This document shows positions 62,703-64,000 of a stretch of DNA of 64,000 bases, piece by piece. The stretch's first letter is position 1, and every line of letters begins with the position of its first letter. Below the pieces are notes generated by a model. It searched no databases. It had not been told where the DNA came from and worked only from the letters and a program-made list of their open reading frames with translations. Made by a program: the position numbers and the translations under genes. The stretch is from Candidatus Oxydemutatoraceae bacterium (GTDB lineage Bacteria > Pseudomonadota > Gammaproteobacteria > Poriferisulfidales > Oxydemutatoraceae): positions 2,156,769 through 2,220,768 of the forward strand of contig OZ244779.1 in assembly GCA_965219575.1 (NCBI GenBank). Reading direction: 5' to 3'.

Positions 62703-63090
62703 GGGACTGTTGAAACTAAAACTGCCACTCGTGACGTGACCTTGTGCAGACACACTGTGGCTGTTGAAAAAGTATCGTCAGCGTGCAACCGTAACCGTTT
62801 GCACCATGAATTTATAATAACCATCAAGCCGTAGGGGCAGTATAAAGCCGCCGATTGAACCGGTAGATCAATCGGCAACTTTGATGTCTGCCCTTAAGTA
62901 CCGTTCTGCACGGCTGGAACCGCTTGCGCCGTATGGTTTTGGTTTCCATAAATCGGGTGGATGAATGTATAAATCGTGCCGACCAACGCGCTACGGGCGG
63001 ACATGCTAGTCCGCCCCTACAGGTGGTTTGTAAATATTCACGGCGCAAGCGGTTGCAGTTTTGCAAAAACAGTATTTTTTCAACAGCCCC
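62703..63090. repeat. Mosaic intergenic repeat, copy 5 (largest)
   Basis: End motifs GGGACTGTTGAAA (62703), GGCTGTTGAAAAAGTAT (62759) and TTTTTCAACAGCCCC (ending 63090). Contains a GCCGATTGA..TCAATCGGC hairpin, a core flanked by AACCGCTTGCGCCGT/ACGGCGCAAGCGGTT, and a REP-like hairpin. Confidence 0.85.
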
Positions 63091-63105
63091 ACACCACGAC
63101 CGCCC

Positions 63106-64000
63106 CTAAGGCTTGATCGGACCTGAAGTGCGTAGGCGTAGTGCGTTGAGTTTAATAAAACCTTCTGCGTCGCGCGGATCGTACGCACCTCGGTCGTCTT
63201 CAAAACTCGCAACCGCACTGTTGAACAGACTATTCGGTGCCTGTCTGCCGGTGATTTCTACATTCGCTTTGTAGAGTCTTATCCGCACCTTGCCGGTTAC
63301 ATTGGACTGGCTATAGTCAATCAACCGTTGCAATGCCCGGCGTTCTTCGCTCCACCAGTAACCGTTATAGATGAGCCGAGCGTAACGAGGCATCAGTTCA
63401 TCTTTTAAGTGTGCCAGTTCTCTATCCAAGGTGAGCGATTCTATTGCCCTATGTGCTTTCAACAATAGCGTGCCGCCGGGCGTTTCATAACAGCCTCTGG
63501 ATTTCATACCCACATAGCGATTTTCAACCAGGTCGGTTCTGCCTATACCATGCTTGCCTGCCAATTCGTTTAGACGCATCAGCATCTTTGCCGGAGCCAG
63601 TGTCTCACCGTCTATTGCACACGGGTCGCCTTTTTCAAAATCCAAAGTGATGGTCTCCGGTGTATCGGCGGCGGTCTCCGGAGAGGCGGTTCTTTGCCAC
63701 ATCGTTTGCCGAGGCTCGCACCACGGGTCTTCCAATATACCACCCTCGTAAGAGATATGAAGCAAGTTCGCATCCATAGAATAAGGGGGTTCACCACTCG
63801 CATCTTTGTCTACGACAATGCCGTGTTGCATGGCATAATCGAGCAATGCGGTGCGTGAATTAAGTTGCCATTGCCGCCAAGGCGCAATAATCCGAATATC
63901 GGGGTTGAGTGCATAGGCAGCCAACTCAAAGCGTACTTGGTCGTTGCCCTTGCCGGTCGCACCATGCGCAATCGCGTCGGCACCAACCGCGTTCGCAGCT
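63106..64000 (-). CDS. argG: Argininosuccinate synthase (C-terminal part; start lies beyond the window)
   Basis: [15 protein letters not shown] near the window end, [35 protein letters not shown]. Confidence 0.96.
   Translation of the reverse strand, partial: AANAVGADAIAHGATGKGNDQVRFELAAYALNPDIRIIAPWRQWQLNSRTALLDYAMQHGIVVDKDASGEPPYSMDANLLHISYEGGILEDPWCEPRQTMWQRTASPETAADTPETITLDFEKGDPCAIDGETLAPAKMLMRLNELAGKHGIGRTDLVENRYVGMKSRGCYETPGGTLLLKAHRAIESLTLDRELAHLKDELMPRYARLIYNGYWWSEERRALQRLIDYSQSNVTGKVRIRLYKANVEITGRQAPNSLFNSAVASFEDDRGAYDPRDAEGFIKLNALRLRTSGPIKP

Overview
Mostly minus-strand housekeeping region of a Gammaproteobacterium, with hints of a sulfur-oxidiser or symbiont-type lineage. It carries pntBA, an AlgZ/AlgR-like pair, a Pal-like lipoprotein, the dcw cluster (mraZ to ftsZ, no lpxC), leuCD, bamC-dapA, an orphan adenine MTase, proS, tRNA-Met, a GT25, ychF-pth-rplY, a small Fe-S/GST/reductase cluster, msrB-pnp-rpsO, folE, mlaA and argG. 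Accessory elements are an IS1202/ISNCY-type IS (17-bp TSD) inserted in the predicted MraZ operator, five mosaic intergenic repeats directly 3' of genes, and a DUF2335-like gene with an amber stop. The standout is a two-gene operon at 46305-60916. A ~4590-aa secreted acidic adhesin-like protein with 32 x 98-aa cadherin-like repeats ends in the peptide IRLRIKVFLEGPLQ. The secreted gene upstream encodes what looks like the rest of the domain that this strand normally begins (DWVLIELR...RHINHL...YDFT...dockerin-like loops). This suggests a split-domain, beta-strand tag/catcher system for assembly or anchoring. Family assignments come from motif recognition; no database searches were run.
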